Shown piece by piece: positions 1 to 13,365 of a stretch of DNA of 64,000 nucleotides. This stretch comes from Anthoceros angustus (Eukaryota > Plantae > Anthocerotophyta). Each line of letters opens with the position of its first letter. Positions within the stretch are counted from its first letter, which is position 1. A model generated the notes under the pieces. It did not search any database and was not told the origin of the DNA. It saw only the letters and a list, made by a program, of their open reading frames with translations. The DNA is taken from the NCBI GenBank assembly GCA_010909165.1, contig MU008164.1:248001-312000 (forward strand). Reading direction: 5' to 3'. Both the position numbers and the translations under genes were made by a program.

Positions 1-748
1 CTCCCCAGTGGCCGCCGTGCTTGGTATTGAGCTTGGCCCGGAGGCCGATGACGGGCCTGACACCGAGCTCCTGGCTGGCTTTGATCACAACTTCCAGCTC
101 TTCCACCTGCTCGAGGACGATGATCGCATTAAGCTTCATGTCCCGAGCTGTAAGCGCCAGAGCCACGTACTCATAATCCTTGTACCCATTACATATGAGC
201 ATGGCACTGGGGCTTGCCTTGCACATGCACGACATGACAGTGAGCAGCTCGGGCTTGGACCCAGCCTCCAACCCGTAGTCGAAGTCCTTTCCGAAAGCCA
301 CGATATCTTCCACAATCCGACGGTCCGGATTACACTTCACTGGAAAAACACCTCGAAACACCCCCTTGTACTGCCGGGCTGCAATGCCCCTCACAAACGC
401 CCGCTGTAACGTCTCCAGTCTGTGCTTAAGGATATCCGGAAATCTGATAATAAGGGGCATCCTCATCCCCATCTTCACGACAGCGCCCTCCACCACATCC
501 ATCAGGTCGATGCCTTCTTCAGGCTGGGTTTCCTGTCCGTGCGGATGCACGCATATGTGCCCCTTCTTATTCACCTTGAAGTACGGTGCCCCCCATCCGT
601 CAACCTTGTAGATGTTGGCCGACTTTTCAACGCTCCAAGGCAGGCCAACTACTGCAGCGGCTCCGGCATTGGCTCCTTCATGACCAGCTTCAGCACATGC
701 CTTACCAACCATGGCAGGAGTCACGGGGGTTGACATCTGGGCGGCCAT
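1..748 (-). CDS. ADC: Arginine decarboxylase, plant/cyanobacterial type; 5' part, open off the left window edge
   Basis: Manual translation from ATG at 748 is open to base 1: MAAQMSTP...WSVEKSANIYKVDGWGAPYFKVNKKGHICVHPHG...LIIRFPDILKHRLETLQRAF...GVFPVKCNPDRRIVEDIV...GLEAGSKPEL...LICNGYKD...IIVLEQVEEL...RPVIGLRAKLNTKHGGHWG. These are the hallmark ADC/SpeA motifs, including the PLP lysine in PVKCN. Missing from the ORF track because there is no stop in the window. Confidence 0.97.
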   Translation of the reverse strand, partial: MAAQMSTPVTPAMVGKACAEAGHEGANAGAAAVVGLPWSVEKSANIYKVDGWGAPYFKVNKKGHICVHPHGQETQPEEGIDLMDVVEGAVVKMGMRMPLIIRFPDILKHRLETLQRAFVRGIAARQYKGVFRGVFPVKCNPDRRIVEDIVAFGKDFDYGLEAGSKPELLTVMSCMCKASPSAMLICNGYKDYEYVALALTARDMKLNAIIVLEQVEELEVVIKASQELGVRPVIGLRAKLNTKHGGHWG

Positions 749-2409
749 TTGGTGCTTTCAGCTGTCGTCCACAAATGCACACAGACTTGAGATCTCAGTT
801 AACAGTGTCTTCTGTTTCACTTTTCACCACTGCCACTCCTGTACTGGCAGTGAAAACGGGATCTTGAAGGAGGAAGAACTGGAACGGCGGGCAGAAGCTG
901 TGTGAAAGGTTAGCAATGTTAGCGGAAGCTCAAGAGGGTGCAAGCTTCCACGTTTTTTTGCAAGTTGCAGAGCACTACGTCTTCGTTCGTCCGGACGGAA
1001 GCAAAACCAACCCACCGCTAGCTGAAAACCTAGGTGCAACACAGCCCAACACGTTTGTCAGCCATCATAAAGCTTGCTGCAACACAGCAATGTGAGCTTT
1101 GTACAGCAAAGTTGATCTACACAAATAAGAGAACAGCAATTGGGCAGCAAAACGTTTTCAGGGCATACCAGCTGGCTCTCAGTAGGCTCCTTCCTACCAG
1201 TCCTTCAACGGAGCGGATCCGGATCCAGCAGCAACCGCAAGAATGTAGCAGTTCCTTGCAAAGCAAAAGCGCCGAGGTGTGCGCAGGCAAGCTTGCAGGC
1301 GGCTCGCAGCTGGCTCTGGATGGAAGAAGGGCAGAAAACGCTCAGAGGAGTCTGGATTAGAGAGGAGGGACGCTTGTAGAGGCGCTGCAACGGCTTTCAG
1401 CGAGGGTACGGCAGGGCACGTACACGAGCCCAGCATATGTGGAGGAATTCTGGGATATCCTGCTAGACCCTCCTGCCTGAAGGCAGGCCCAACTGGTGGG
1501 CACAGGCCAGGGTGGGCGGGAAGCTCCTGGAATTCTGAAGGTAACATCGATTTCAAACGTCCACAGCCTCCGGGACTTGAAGACTCTTGAGTCGTCTTCT
1601 ACAGACTGACGGCGACAGACCAAGCGAGTGCCAGCGCAAATTATTCCCGCTGCCCCCCCCCTAGCCCTGCACGTTGAACCACACCGACAACGGCGTCCGA
1701 GCGCGGCGGTGGCAAATGGGAGAGTCCAGCTCACAGACCTGTCGATAAATTGCACAAGACTGCTACTCCACCATATCACTAGTCTAACGTATATAGACTA
1801 CCTCGAGCGGCCACTCTCACATATATAGAGTACCTGGAGAGTAGATCGAGAGGCCTGGAGGGCTGTTCCACCTGCTTTGCACCTAAACAATTGGGACATA
1901 GAATTCATGCATTCCAAGCGCCTTGGGACTCAGGAGTGGAATTCATCTACAGACTTTGGATTGCAATCTACTAGCGAGCTTAGGCTAGACCTAGGGAAGA
2001 GGGGAGTATAGTGGGGCCTAAGTGGTCCATGCGAGTCTTGGAGATGCCTTCGGGTGATCTGTATGAGAGTATTTTTTAGAGTCGAGCGAGGTCGGCGCGG
2101 CCAGGTGGACTGGAACGACTTTTACTTGAACAAATTTGCCCAACCGGGCTCGAAGATTGTGAAAAAAGATGGTTTCCATCGCGGCATTGATCCGCCCGCA
2201 GGCTGCTTTATCTGTAGAGTTCTTATGTCGTCTGGTGTATGTGCACCGCACGTGATGTCTGTGCACGTGATGTCTGTCGTTTTCTGGGTTTAAGTTTAAC
2301 TTTATTAAAAATGTCTCGCCCTGAAAGGACTCTGAGGGAGTCCCGCACGCCCTTCCTACCCAGATACAGATACGGATACAGATACAGAAGAGGTAATCTC
2401 GTGCAGGTA

Positions 2410-2993
2410 CAGTCGGCCCCCCCTAATTGGGAAATCTATAAATGGGATTCCTCTCTAAATGGGACCTCCCATCCTACTCCCTTTAGTTTACAATGTAATA
2501 AATAGGACTTTTTCCTAAATAATAATTGGGACCTTTTGAAACATACATTCATATTAGTTTCTCCTCCCTAAATGGGATTTCTAAATGGGATTTCTAATTT
2601 TTTTACTAAAAAAAATTAAAAAAAGAAAAAAAAGAATCGATTATTTCAGAGCACAATAGACTTTTAGTTGTGATTGAAGACTCTTAAGCTAAGCTTTTTC
2701 CTTTATGATAGGTAGAGGTTTTTTGATGTTGCTTGGAGAGAGTGCTAGTTTTCAAACAACTATATAGAGAAGTGGTAAAATTTATTTTTAGTGAAACCTA
2801 TCAATCAAAATTTAAAATTTTCTTTTTTTGGGTATTTTTTTATTTTTAGAGTTTATAATATTTTTATTATTTTTAAATAGGGAAAATATAATCGGGACAC
2901 CTCCCTTAATGGGACCTCTAAAGGCACTCCGAACCAGTCCCAATTACGGGTGGATCAATCTCAGCAGAGACTACATGCGAGGGAGGTCGCCTG
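2410..2993. mobile_element. Possible pogo/Tc1-type MITE
   Basis: TA|CAGTCGGCCCCCCCTAATTGGGA at the left and GGGAGGTCGCCTG|TA at the right, with TCCCAATTACGGG about 40 bp inside. AT-rich non-coding interior with repeated CTAAATGGGA. The TIR match is imperfect. Confidence 0.4.
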
Positions 2994-3369
2994 TAAATGG
3001 GGCAATTTTGACTCTAATCTAGGACTCTCTCATCTAGGACTTCTAATGCTACTTTCCATCTTACATTGGGCTCTAAGCTATAGGGCTGCATACTCATGTT
3101 TTTAATTTGTTTAGAGCGCATAATCGTGGCGCTACGTTGTCTTCCTAAGGTGCTATGTCTTTCTAAGGTGCTGTCATTTACGTTGCTCTTGTGGTGTTTA
3201 GTGACGCTTTTATGTTATGGACCTCCTACTCTCCCTAGTTCTGACATACTTCGGCATTCGGGGATTTTATTCCCACAGTTGAGGTCCACCATAACCCCCT
3301 TGTGGCTTGGGACAAACTCTATCCATACCCTTCATTCACAATTCTCTTAGTGGCCACTAGGAATTTGCC

Positions 3370-5385
3370 CAACAATAACGGCGGTGCTGTGCTGATTTGG
3401 TTCTTTGCAATCATTGTCACAAACAGCTGGTGAAGGCCAGATCTTGCTTTCTCCGTGCTTGTGCACTCAAAGAGGAAGTGGGTTTCATCATCTACCCGTC
3501 TTTGGTCGCATCTTCTGCACAAACGCTGCTTGGCACTTGCCCTCTGCCTTTGATGATTTGAAGGTTTGAGGACCTCGATTGGAATCGAGCCAATTCTCGA
3601 ATCATGTTGGCTAGAAGCGAAGTCTGCAACTATTCTTGTGTGGTGTACTCGTCCCCTTTGTGCACACAGCTCACATAGTGCCTCATGTCTGTTGTTAATG
3701 TGGTGGGTGACCACACCTTTTTCAAATAGGGTGAGGAGGCCTGTAGTGGGAGGGCAGCGGCCATGTAACGGACATGGATTTGGGGGGTGTCCATCACCAT
3801 CGAGTTGCGGCCATGGCCGTAGAAAGGGGAGTGACTTGGGTTTAGCTGCAGTGACTAGGCCGGTGCACGAAAGGAGGGCTATGTCAAGAGGGCAGCAGGC
3901 TGATAATAGGCGTGTGTTTGGAGAGTTCCCATCACCGGGTAGTGACGGGCAGAACTGCACATTGTGGACGAAGTTGAGGTCGAGGCGATGAGGCGGTGAG
4001 CGGCATGAGGGATGTATTTGGAGGCGGAAGTGATATCATGTACGGTGGAGGCAAGTGTGTCGTCACCAGCAAGTAACAAGCATGTGTCTAGCGTGGGCTG
4101 CGAACACAACGGGGTGGGAGTAAGAGGGGCGGGTGGCGGAGGGAGAAGAAGAGTGGGGCAGAACCCATGGTTGTGGCAGGGGCAAAAAGGCACGTAGCGG
4201 CCATGAGGGAATTGTCCAGGGGGAGTGAGAAAGAGGCTGGAGGCAAAGGGGGGACACGTGATGGTAACAACGCCGAAGGCAACATTGGCGTAGAGGAGGA
4301 GGCAAAGGATGAAATTGAGGATGTGCCTAACTTCGTGCCGGACACATACTTGGCACACTCCACAACCGGGCCCCCTTGGAGGCTACACTGAAGAAATAGA
4401 TGTGTTGAATATGAATGGGGTTCAGGGTTTATTCTTATCCATAAGTAATAGTAAGTAACTTGGGGTAATACTTAGGGTTGATTAGTCAATAGTCACACCC
4501 ATTCGTTAGGGTTATGACCTTAGGGAATAGGCATAGCTTTTCGCTTTTGCTTAAGTTGCCTTTTCATGTTTTATCAATTAAGTCTTTTCTTGATTGCTGA
4601 AAGTATGTAATTATATATTTAATTTGTTTAATTGATCTATATAGTCCTATAAATCAGTATGGTATCATAGCATACTATATAGGTTGCATCCATAAGGATG
4701 CACATAAAATTGTGCATTACAAGATTTGCACAATGATATATTATTTATTGTTTCTTAATTAGAAAATGCTTACGAAATCAAGAAAACAAAAGAAATCAAG
4801 AAAATAAATTTTCTGCTATTTTCTTTAAAAACATCTATATTAGATCTGCGGAATCGGAAGAGATCCTAGTGCACTCCATTTGGATTCTTTGTTTCTAAGC
4901 AATTCCAATGGGAATACACTATGACAACACCGATGAGATAACATATCGAATTACAAGAGAAATTAAGAATGCAAGTGTTTTGCATTCTGAAAGCAAAAAT
5001 TCAAAAATTGAACATCGTCTTTAGAGATCTTCGCGTCCATAGCTGTGGGCAGATCCCACCTTGATAGCCACCCTTTCATGTCCTTGAACCATCCTCAGCC
5101 TTTCAGTAGGCTGGTTTCCCTTGACATTGCCATTGCAATTTTCGGTAGTCTGGACATGTCCATTTGCATGATCATGGATCTGAAGTTAACAGCTTGTTGT
5201 AGGGAATGGATTTCCAGCGGGAATGCCCCAACTTCGGCTAATATATTTGCTCGGCATGTTTGCTTGCGGATTCCCAAGTGCCATCTTAGGAAATCCATTT
5301 GTAAACTGTGTTTCTCAGCATAGGGGTTTGTCTCCGAGCCCCATTTTTGGCCCCAACCATCCAGAAATGCACATGTATTAGGGAA
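3370..5385 (-). mobile_element. 5'-truncated, interrupted non-LTR retrotransposon (LINE) remnant
   Basis: 5095-5298: MDFLRWHLGIRKQTCRANILAEVGAFPLEIH...MDMSRLPKIAM, a typical post-RT LINE segment. About 3400-3620: SQH..PIEV...RLCRRCDQRRVDDETHFLFEC, the C-terminal CCHC knuckle. An AT-rich insert lies at about 4390-5040. Confidence 0.75.
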
Positions 5386-6670
5386 CGGACGCGCAGAGGG
5401 GCGTCACGGCCAAGAACGGTCGAGGCGGGTGGGCGAGACCGTTAGTCGTCGCCACGCGCGTCCGTTCACGTAAGGGGCGGCCGAGTGGGGCGAGGGCGGC
5501 TCTCTGGGGCCGAGGCGAGCCGAGGTGTGTTAAACATTTAAGAGTTGTTGCCATACACACCCAGTCTATACTTCTTTTTTCTCTCTCATTGGGTGTAAAC
5601 ATCTCTCATTTTGTCTACTTTCACACTTCATGACAAGTGTTCAAGTTTTCACACATATTCTATCGGTGTAGATGGGGTGTACACTGGTGATTTTGGTGCT
5701 ACAACTTCTTCAGAATAGTATTTCTTCTTTGACTTGTTGTAGGGTCCAGACATGAAATTTATCATTTCAAAAATCTCGTCCAATCGAGAATATTTCTGCA
5801 ACCAGAAGTCAACTGTGAGAATGTATAAATATTGTATGTGGACTTTTTTTCTTTCAAATACTAACCTCAAATAGTGCGAATAACTCCTTTTGGTTCTTGG
5901 ATAGCTACAAAAGAATTTAGACTGAGATCAATAATTTACCTCCATTTCAAGTCGAAGTAGATCCTGCTTTGCATATACCTTTTTTACTAGTGTTAAGCAG
6001 GTGCTATGAAGATTCCCCACACTGCGAAAGTGTGATTGTACATTCTGGAAGGGACAAATGTTAGAATTGTTATTTTGTGTTGAAAATGAATTGCAAATTG
6101 CATACCTTTTGGACGTTTTTTGTGGTCTCCGGATCTTGCATGAGAGACATTAAGTCCGTAGTTTTTAGCTCCTTGTTTTGAATAGCGACTGATATTTCTG
6201 TGTACAAAAAATTGAAATTATACACTATCGAAGATAGCAAAGAAAAAAAAACCTACAAGAACTTACTTCTTTGGATTTCCACATACTCTTGGAATGTTGC
6301 GTGCTCCCATCTTCATTTAGGATTGGTTGTGCTGGGTCTTTGAGACTATGCTCCCAAATTGGAACATAAGTGTTCTTGAAATCCTGGAACATTTTAGGAT
6401 ATTGAAAGTTGTTCATCCATTTGCCGTACTTTGTAAACTATGTTGAAGGGCCGTACGTTGGTGCGTTGTCTTCGACGTCATCTATCTTTCTTTTTTTGCC
6501 CTACAAAATAAGACAAGTAGCATTGATACCGGCAGAATTTGTGATGTAAATGTATTTAAGATAGACTGATTTAAGCGAACCTGAATTGATATGGCTGAAA
6601 GATCAATTTTTTCGTCAATTGCGTCTATCTTATCTTTGATTTCCTTAGCAGCAATTGTTTGTTCTCCAGC
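5385..6670 (-). pseudogene. Unknown multi-exon 'gene A', 3' portion (diverged copy 1)
   Basis: Colinear with 34480-35850 and 53800-55030 (e.g. TACTAACCTCAAATAGTGC; peptides AAKEIKDKIDAIDEKI and FQDFKNTYVPIWEHSLKDP). Homology stops at about 6670, where a transposon TIR begins. Confidence 0.6.
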
Positions 6671-6673
6671 ATT

Positions 6674-6740
6674 AACACAATAATCCTGGAAGGGGGTTAA
6701 TATATGAACCCCCTTCCACACTAACCAAACCCCCTTCACA
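6674..6740. mobile_element. Left terminal inverted repeat and subterminal repeats of a Sola-like element (probably the one encoding transposase T1)
   Basis: AACACAATAATCCTGGAAGGGGGTTAATA resembles the TIR at 22597 (AACACGATAATTTTTGAAGGGGGTTAATA) and is followed by AACCCCCTTC repeats. The partner TIR was not found in the window. Confidence 0.6.
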
Positions 6741-7979
6741 AAAAAGACACCGTTCCTGAAATGCGCAATCTGGCGAATCCACCGTCACCAGCACCATGCT
6801 AAATACCATTTGCCTCGGAAAACTTAAGATTCAACAATCCATAAAACAAATAGGACTTTGTTGGCGCCGGCTGGCCGGCGCCAGCCCGGAAACTTCCTTG
6901 CCCACGGCTATGGTTAGAAACAAGTAATGAAAGGAAATCAAGATCTCACAGTTTCAAAAACCTCTTCTGTCCCTCCAAAATAGTCTGCCCTCTACAAAGA
7001 TCCCAGGAGGGCCGGTCGAGACTCATCTTGTGCTTGGGTGGCCAGATCTAAAACAAGCTGCCAGTTGCGCATGCGTTCAATTCTACGTCGGAGGCTGGGT
7101 TTACGCGGGGCCCCGCTTCATCATCTTCTTCGTTGTCTCCTTTGTCGCACGAGGTAAGCACTTGAATTCATATAAGCACTTCCTTGACCAACAACCAAGC
7201 AAACAAATCTAATACGCAGACATATAGGTGCAACCAATAACAACAGGAGGGAGTAGCTCGCACGTCGTGGCACAAACACACTCTCCCCACGAGAACAACG
7301 CGCAAATTCCTCACACATCGCTCTCGGAGTCATAGCTTTGGCCTCCTCACAACGCTCTTGCATTGCATATATAGAGGACAAGCTATGATCTGAGCTTGTC
7401 CTCAATGGAAGGGTCTATATATACTAGACCCTGGCATCGGCATATTCCTAAGATAACATGCATTACGAAGGGGTTTTCCTCACAAAGGGGTTTTGGAAAA
7501 ATCCCAACCCTATTCCGCCAAAACAAGCTGGGTTGGTTTTTGTTGAGTTTTGTAGGTGTTCATCCATCGGATTCGGGCATTCGGCTCGGACCACTTCTGT
7601 CCGGTCATCATTTACCGCGGTGGCGCCTTGCACTCGTGTTCATGGATAATTTGTCGGTGTGATGAAGGGCTGTGTAATTCTTCCATAATTTCGGCATGTC
7701 GAGTTTCGCAATTTGTGTGGTTCTATATGTTTTGTATACCAAGTGGGGGCTAGGCGCGCGGAAGTGCGCGCCTAAACAAGGGTATGCGCAAACTTGTGCG
7801 CGCACAAGGCAAAGCAGTCGAAATATATCATTCGATCGAGGAAATATGTCTTCTTGGAGGTGCATGGATGTGGCGGAAGCCCAGGAGACATAAGTTGCAC
7901 AAATCGCGGGCGTCCACATAGACACACCTCATCTATCTACCCTATGCCCTAAAGCTACGAAGAATACCCTATCACCTTT

Positions 7980-10900
7980 CTATCCTCTACGGTGTTTCCG
8001 TCTCCTTCGACGGTGACCTTGTGCCGGATCATCATCAAACATGCCTTCAAAAGCACCAGTAGCCGTCCCGGTTCCGTTGCCTCTGCCGCGGGTTCTTGTT
8101 GCGATTGGTGCTGAACTGGAAGTCGGATGTCTTTCATCATCAGCGCCCGCTTGTCGAACTACAGCACCCTTATTTTCGGGATTTTCATCCGAATCAGCAT
8201 TTTCCTCCAATGCAACTCTCTCTGGAACTGGGTGGTCTGCCCTGTTATCTTCAACCCTATTACCTTCTTCCACGGCTGGTAGATGTTGAAGTTCGAACAG
8301 CTTTGTCTTGATGAGCTCCTGTGTACGGACTTGTAGAGTGCTATCCCTTGCAAAGGAGAACCCGTATGCCAAAATAAATGTCTCCGATATCAACATCGAT
8401 CCGGTGCTTGGTCGCTTCCTCCGTTATCGCAAACCCTCTCTATCAACTGTGGAGCCAATATCTCCTCGTAGGTACCTTCCCTCAAACGCATTGCTATTCT
8501 CTGTCACCCACCACCGGACAACTAGGTAAGGTTCGTCACATAAGAAATCCAAGTCTTCGACGCAATCCGAAAGGCTGTACGATCGTCATCTCACATGGGG
8601 ATGCAATCATATGGCCTCGTCGATCTCGGACACATCCCCATCGAATCTCGCCAACTCGATGGTGCGGCTCCCGTGGCCTAAAATTCCGATACATGTGGCC
8701 AGTTGCGGGGTTCGAGCTGCGGAATGACAAAGACATCCGAACGTCGATGGGATTTAAGTTCCGCTCGGCCTCGTCCTGTTGTACCACTCCCATGCTTTTG
8801 AAGATCTCGATGGACTCCTCCTCGATTTTTCGCAAATATCGGTGATGCCCGAGCGAGTTCCACCATACTTTGTCTTCCGAGATAGATATTTTTGCATCGG
8901 TTCTTGAGGGCTTTCCTAATGGCTCTCAATGATTTATGCGGTCGTCATGGTTTGCCATGCGATTGAAGTGGACATAAAGGCGCTCCCCTTATATCTGTTG
9001 GTATTCTCAAGGAACTCCAAACCCTCCAACGGTTCCCAATGTGAACAAGTAGAAAGTGCCTTGCCACCGAAGCTCACATTGCCACTCTTTCTTCCCTTGA
9101 AATTTTGAATTGATCGATAACTATGATTGTGCAAATTCCTTACGCATCTCGTGTCCTCTTTTACCCATCCCATTGGGCGGACAAAGCTCGAAATCGGCCA
9201 CCTCGAAACCATTTTCACTTCCGGATTGGGTGTATAAGCGATGAATCAAACTCATAAGGGTTTCGAGTGACATTGCTTTTTGTGCACGAGACTTTTAGAA
9301 AAGCACGAGAACATTTGATCAATGCATCATGTGTGCCCGACAAGAAGGAAGCCCACCTTCACCTTATCGAAGACCCGCTTCTCGACAAGCATACTCAAGT
9401 ATGCAAACAACAACATATTCTTGTTTTCTCCGCCGTGTTGTCCGTTGCAAGTAAAACGTCTTGGCGAACCATCTCATAGGTGAGAATAACATCACGGATG
9501 ATATGAATAGTTAAGTTGGCGTCGTTCGAATATTCGGAAGTTCACAAACACCGGTCTTCATAATGTTGTTGTATACCAAACAACCCACAACATGGACCCG
9601 GATGAGACCATCCGCAAAATCCTTTGGAGGCAGGAAAATGTGGAGCTCCGTCTTGCTTTGGTCCATCCGTCTATCGCCATTCCAATGTATTTGCTCGGTT
9701 GGCCTTTACACTTCAAACGATGTTTTGCAAGTTTTAGTCGCTCCGATCGCCGACCGATGTTCACGAGTTGCTCATGGACCTCATCACGGTACAAATGGAT
9801 CACATGGTCGAATTTTCCTTGGTGCGCGGTGCATGGACCCGGCCTGCGCGCACAAGTGCGCGCGCACGCTTGTGCGCGCGCGCGCGCGCGCGCGCGCGCG
9901 CGCGCGCGCGCGCGCGCACAAGTGCGCCCACCCACGGTGCGCGCGCGCGCGCGCATGCGCGCGCATGCGCGCGCGCGCGCGCGCATGCGCGCGCGCGCGC
10001 GCGCGCCGCACGTGCACGAGTGCGCGCGCGCGCGCACTCGGGGTTCCACCTGCGCGCACCGGCGGTGTGGGCAAGCAAGGGCGTTGGAGTGCTCATGATT
10101 CCATGGAAGTCAAAAGGAAACTCGGATATGAAATACCTTGTTCTTGTCGGTTCTTTGGTCATCTCGATGCTGTCTTCAACGTTCGCATTGGACGCATTTT
10201 GAAAAGCTACACTTTGGTATCTTCACTTTTGGAAAATGTTTCTTCCATAAGGCACAGTGAGAATGAGAGGCGTTGGTCAAACCACTCTTGAAACCTCCGT
10301 TTGTAGTCACGGAATATCTCTCCTTTGGTATATGAATCGGCAAGTTGAAAAGCGAAACATTGGGCATTTTTTTAGCTTGAAAAACTTTTCCATCCAAGCA
10401 ATGCATTCCAGAACATGATCTTCAGTTGGGCGTCCTTGGAACTTCAATTCCGATGACCATGGTGTGTTCGTTAGTACTCTCTGTTTCAAATGTTCATACC
10501 TTCGCCATCCAATGCAGAACACTTTTCTGAAACTTCGTACACAACATTGCAACCTGCTGTCTCCCAGGAGAAAATTGAGAACATTGCGACCAGTAGAGTT
10601 TGCTTGTTCTACCTCGAGCAATCCTTGCAAATATATTTCCTGCTGTTCTCGAGGCAATCCCAAGAAGCGATATCTCAAGCTCTCTATATTCTTCTTTCCC
10701 AATTGCAGCAAACAACCGTTGCTACAGCAATGCGAAGGCCATGCGTTATGTATTTCCTCAATGCTGCACAGCTTCATGGTCCTCTTCATTCTCCGGCTTG
10801 GATAATGTCTACGCTTCACCGGGCAATGTTCACTCGACGTTCTGAAATTGGCGTGGTCTCCAGAATCCTTGGCCTACATTCTCTCCCTTCTCCAACGGGA

Positions 10901-11200
10901 GTTGTATCGATTCTGAGAGACCGATGCCTTCCATGCTCTGCAGGTGGTGTCCATGATTGTCACCTTCTCCACCTTCGCGGCCGCAGAATCTGAGGCGGCG
11001 GCTACACCAAAACATCCATCGTGATACATTGTCACACATCCATCGGCTGTATGGCCTTCCAATTGCCCCTGGGACCTGCGACCGCAAGAGTAGGTTGGAG
11101 AAGCGCTGTGCATTTCGATAGCTCTTCAAACTTCGCAGCGAATGTCAAGCAACTCTGAGAGGAAGAAGAGCTTCGTATTTTGCAGTTGTCCATCTTCGTT
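7980..11200 (-). pseudogene. DDD transposase T1 (Sola-like), spliced, frameshifted
   Basis: N-terminal CC..C region (SHCCSNGCLLQL), LWKKHFPKVKIPK..FSKCVQC, AIDG(M)DQ at ~9670, DNT..ENKN at ~9430, GFLLVGHTHDA(I)DQMFS at ~9330, and C-terminal ETFILAYGF at ~8380. Intron donor CAAG|GTATTT at 10136. The 5' limit is approximate. Confidence 0.85.
9845..10036. repeat. (CG)n / alternating purine-pyrimidine tract inside the T1 intron
   Basis: Pure GC alternation at 9874-9917 (44 bp), with further runs to ~10036. Confidence 0.95.
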
Positions 11201-13365
11201 TGAACCTTAAAATATCCATAGATGATTATGGTGGCAGGTTTAACCCGTTATAGTAGCCGCCCATGTTAATTACCGAACGTTCAGCTTGAAATAAAGGCTA
11301 TAACGGAAACCTAGACTTAACCTTCAACCGCGATTAGTTAACCGTGGTTAGCCAAGCTGGTTAATGGCAAGCTTATTGTGCCCGAAACAAACAAAGTTGG
11401 AACACCATAAATTATGAAGGGGGAATATACAAACCCCTTCAAGGAAAAATAACCCTTTGGAAAAGACACCATCCACAAATTGCGGAAAACGGCTGGTTTG
11501 ATCTGGACACCGTTGTGTATGCATATCCTAGCGGAAAACCAACTAAAATGGCATCCCCTCAAAACCCACATGGCGCCGGTGGCATCGCTACTAAGCGAGC
11601 GCATAACAACAAAATTTGAGAAAAGACCCATTGTTAATTTTAAGAGGGTCGAAAACATCCGAACATGCGGTTTTCTCGTAGAAGCAAATCGCAAAACTAA
11701 ACACCAACACCGCTAAGCATAGGCGATTTTGCTAATCGGTCTCTGATGTTCTATCGCGAGGATTGTTTGAGAGTCCACCATTGCATCCACCGGGCCGAAT
11801 CTTCTACAAGTGCCAAATTCGCATGCGCTCCATCTCCAAAGTAAGCTATCATTCGCACAACGCCTCCGGTCTTCATTGATGTCATTTTGGGTGTCGATGG
11901 TGGGTCGGCCATCTGACAAAAAGTCCAAAGTCCATCCTCCATAAGTTCGCGGTTGTCGTCTTCAACCTCTTCGCACTCAATGCGACTTGGGCTTTCAAGC
12001 GATCTTTCTCGCTAATACATACCTCTTTGCCCATCGATGGTCCCCTTGAGTGCGGCTCAAAAGTCGCTCCTCGTCACATCGGGCAAGACATCAACGCCGT
12101 GTATGCGGGCAATGTTCACTGCATCCTAAATTGGCGTATTCCGTAATCCTTGGCCTACATTCTCTCCCTTCTCCAGCGGAGCATCGATTGAGACCTTCCG
12201 ATGCCTTCCATGCTGGAGTGGTGTCCATGATTGTCACCTTCTCCACCTTCCGCCACCAACACGGGCGGCTACCGCAAAACATCCATGCGTGATACATTGT
12301 CAGGACCCCATCGCTTATGGCCTTCCAATTGCCCTGGACCTGCGACCTGAGAGTAGGTTGGAGAAGCGATTTCGATAGCTCTTCAAACTTCGCAGAATGT
12401 CAAGCAACTCCGAGAGGAAGAAGAGCTTCGTATTTTGCTTGTCCATCTTCGCTTTGAACCTTAAAATATCCATAGATGATTATGGTGGCGTTTAACCCGT
12501 TATAGTAGCCGCCCATGTTAATTACAACGCTCACATTGAAATAAAGGCTATAACGGAAAACCTAGACTTAACCTTCAACTAGCAGTTAGTTAACCCGTGG
12601 TTAGCCAAGCGATGGTTAACATTCATGCCAAGAAAGAAACAAACAAAGTTGGAACACTATAAATTATGAAGGGGGAATATACAAACCCCTTCAAGGAAAA
12701 ATAACCCTTTGATTTAAAAGACACCATCCACAAATTGCGGAAAACGGCGGTTTTAATACGTATACACCGCTCGTGCATGCATATCCTAGCGGAAAACCAA
12801 ACCAAAAAATGGCATCCTCAAGACGAACTCCACATGGCGCCTAAGCCAACACAAGTAACAACAAAATTTGAGAAAAGACCCATTGTTAATTTTAAGAGGG
12901 TCGAAAACATCCGAACATGCGTTTTCTCGTAGAAGCAACTGCAAAACTAAACACCAACACCCGCTAACCGTGATAGGCGATTTTGCTAATCGGCGTCTGA
13001 TGTTCTATCGCGAGGGATTGTTTGAGAGTCCACCATTGCATCCACCGAATCGAATCTTCTACAGTGCCAAATTCGCATGCGCCCCATCTCCGTAAGGCCA
13101 AAGCTATCATTCGCACCCAAAGCCTCGGTCTTCATTGATGTCATTTTGGGTGTCGCCGATGGTCGGGTCGCCATACAAAGATCCAAAGTCTGTCCATCCT
13201 CCATAAGTTCGCGGTTGTCGTCTTCAACCTCTTCGCACTCAATGCGACGACTTGGGCTTTCGCCTTTCTCGCTAATACATACCTCTTTGCCCGTAATCGA
13301 TGGTCCCCTTCGGCTCAAAAGTCGCTCCTCGTCATCGGGCAAGACATCAACGCCGTGTATGCGCT
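10821..13365. repeat. Tandem duplication of ~1.27 kb that includes the element junction (TTGG plus left TIR)
   Basis: Units 10821-12106 and 12107-13365. GGGCAATGT occurs at all three boundaries (10821, 12107, 13366). Confidence 0.9.

Noticed and set aside
540-570. Frameshift in ADC
   Set aside because: Recounting shows four C at 560-563, so the frame is intact.
9558-10291. Arg-Ala repeat proteins in the ORF track
   Set aside because: They are translations of the (CG)n tract, which lies in a transposase intron.
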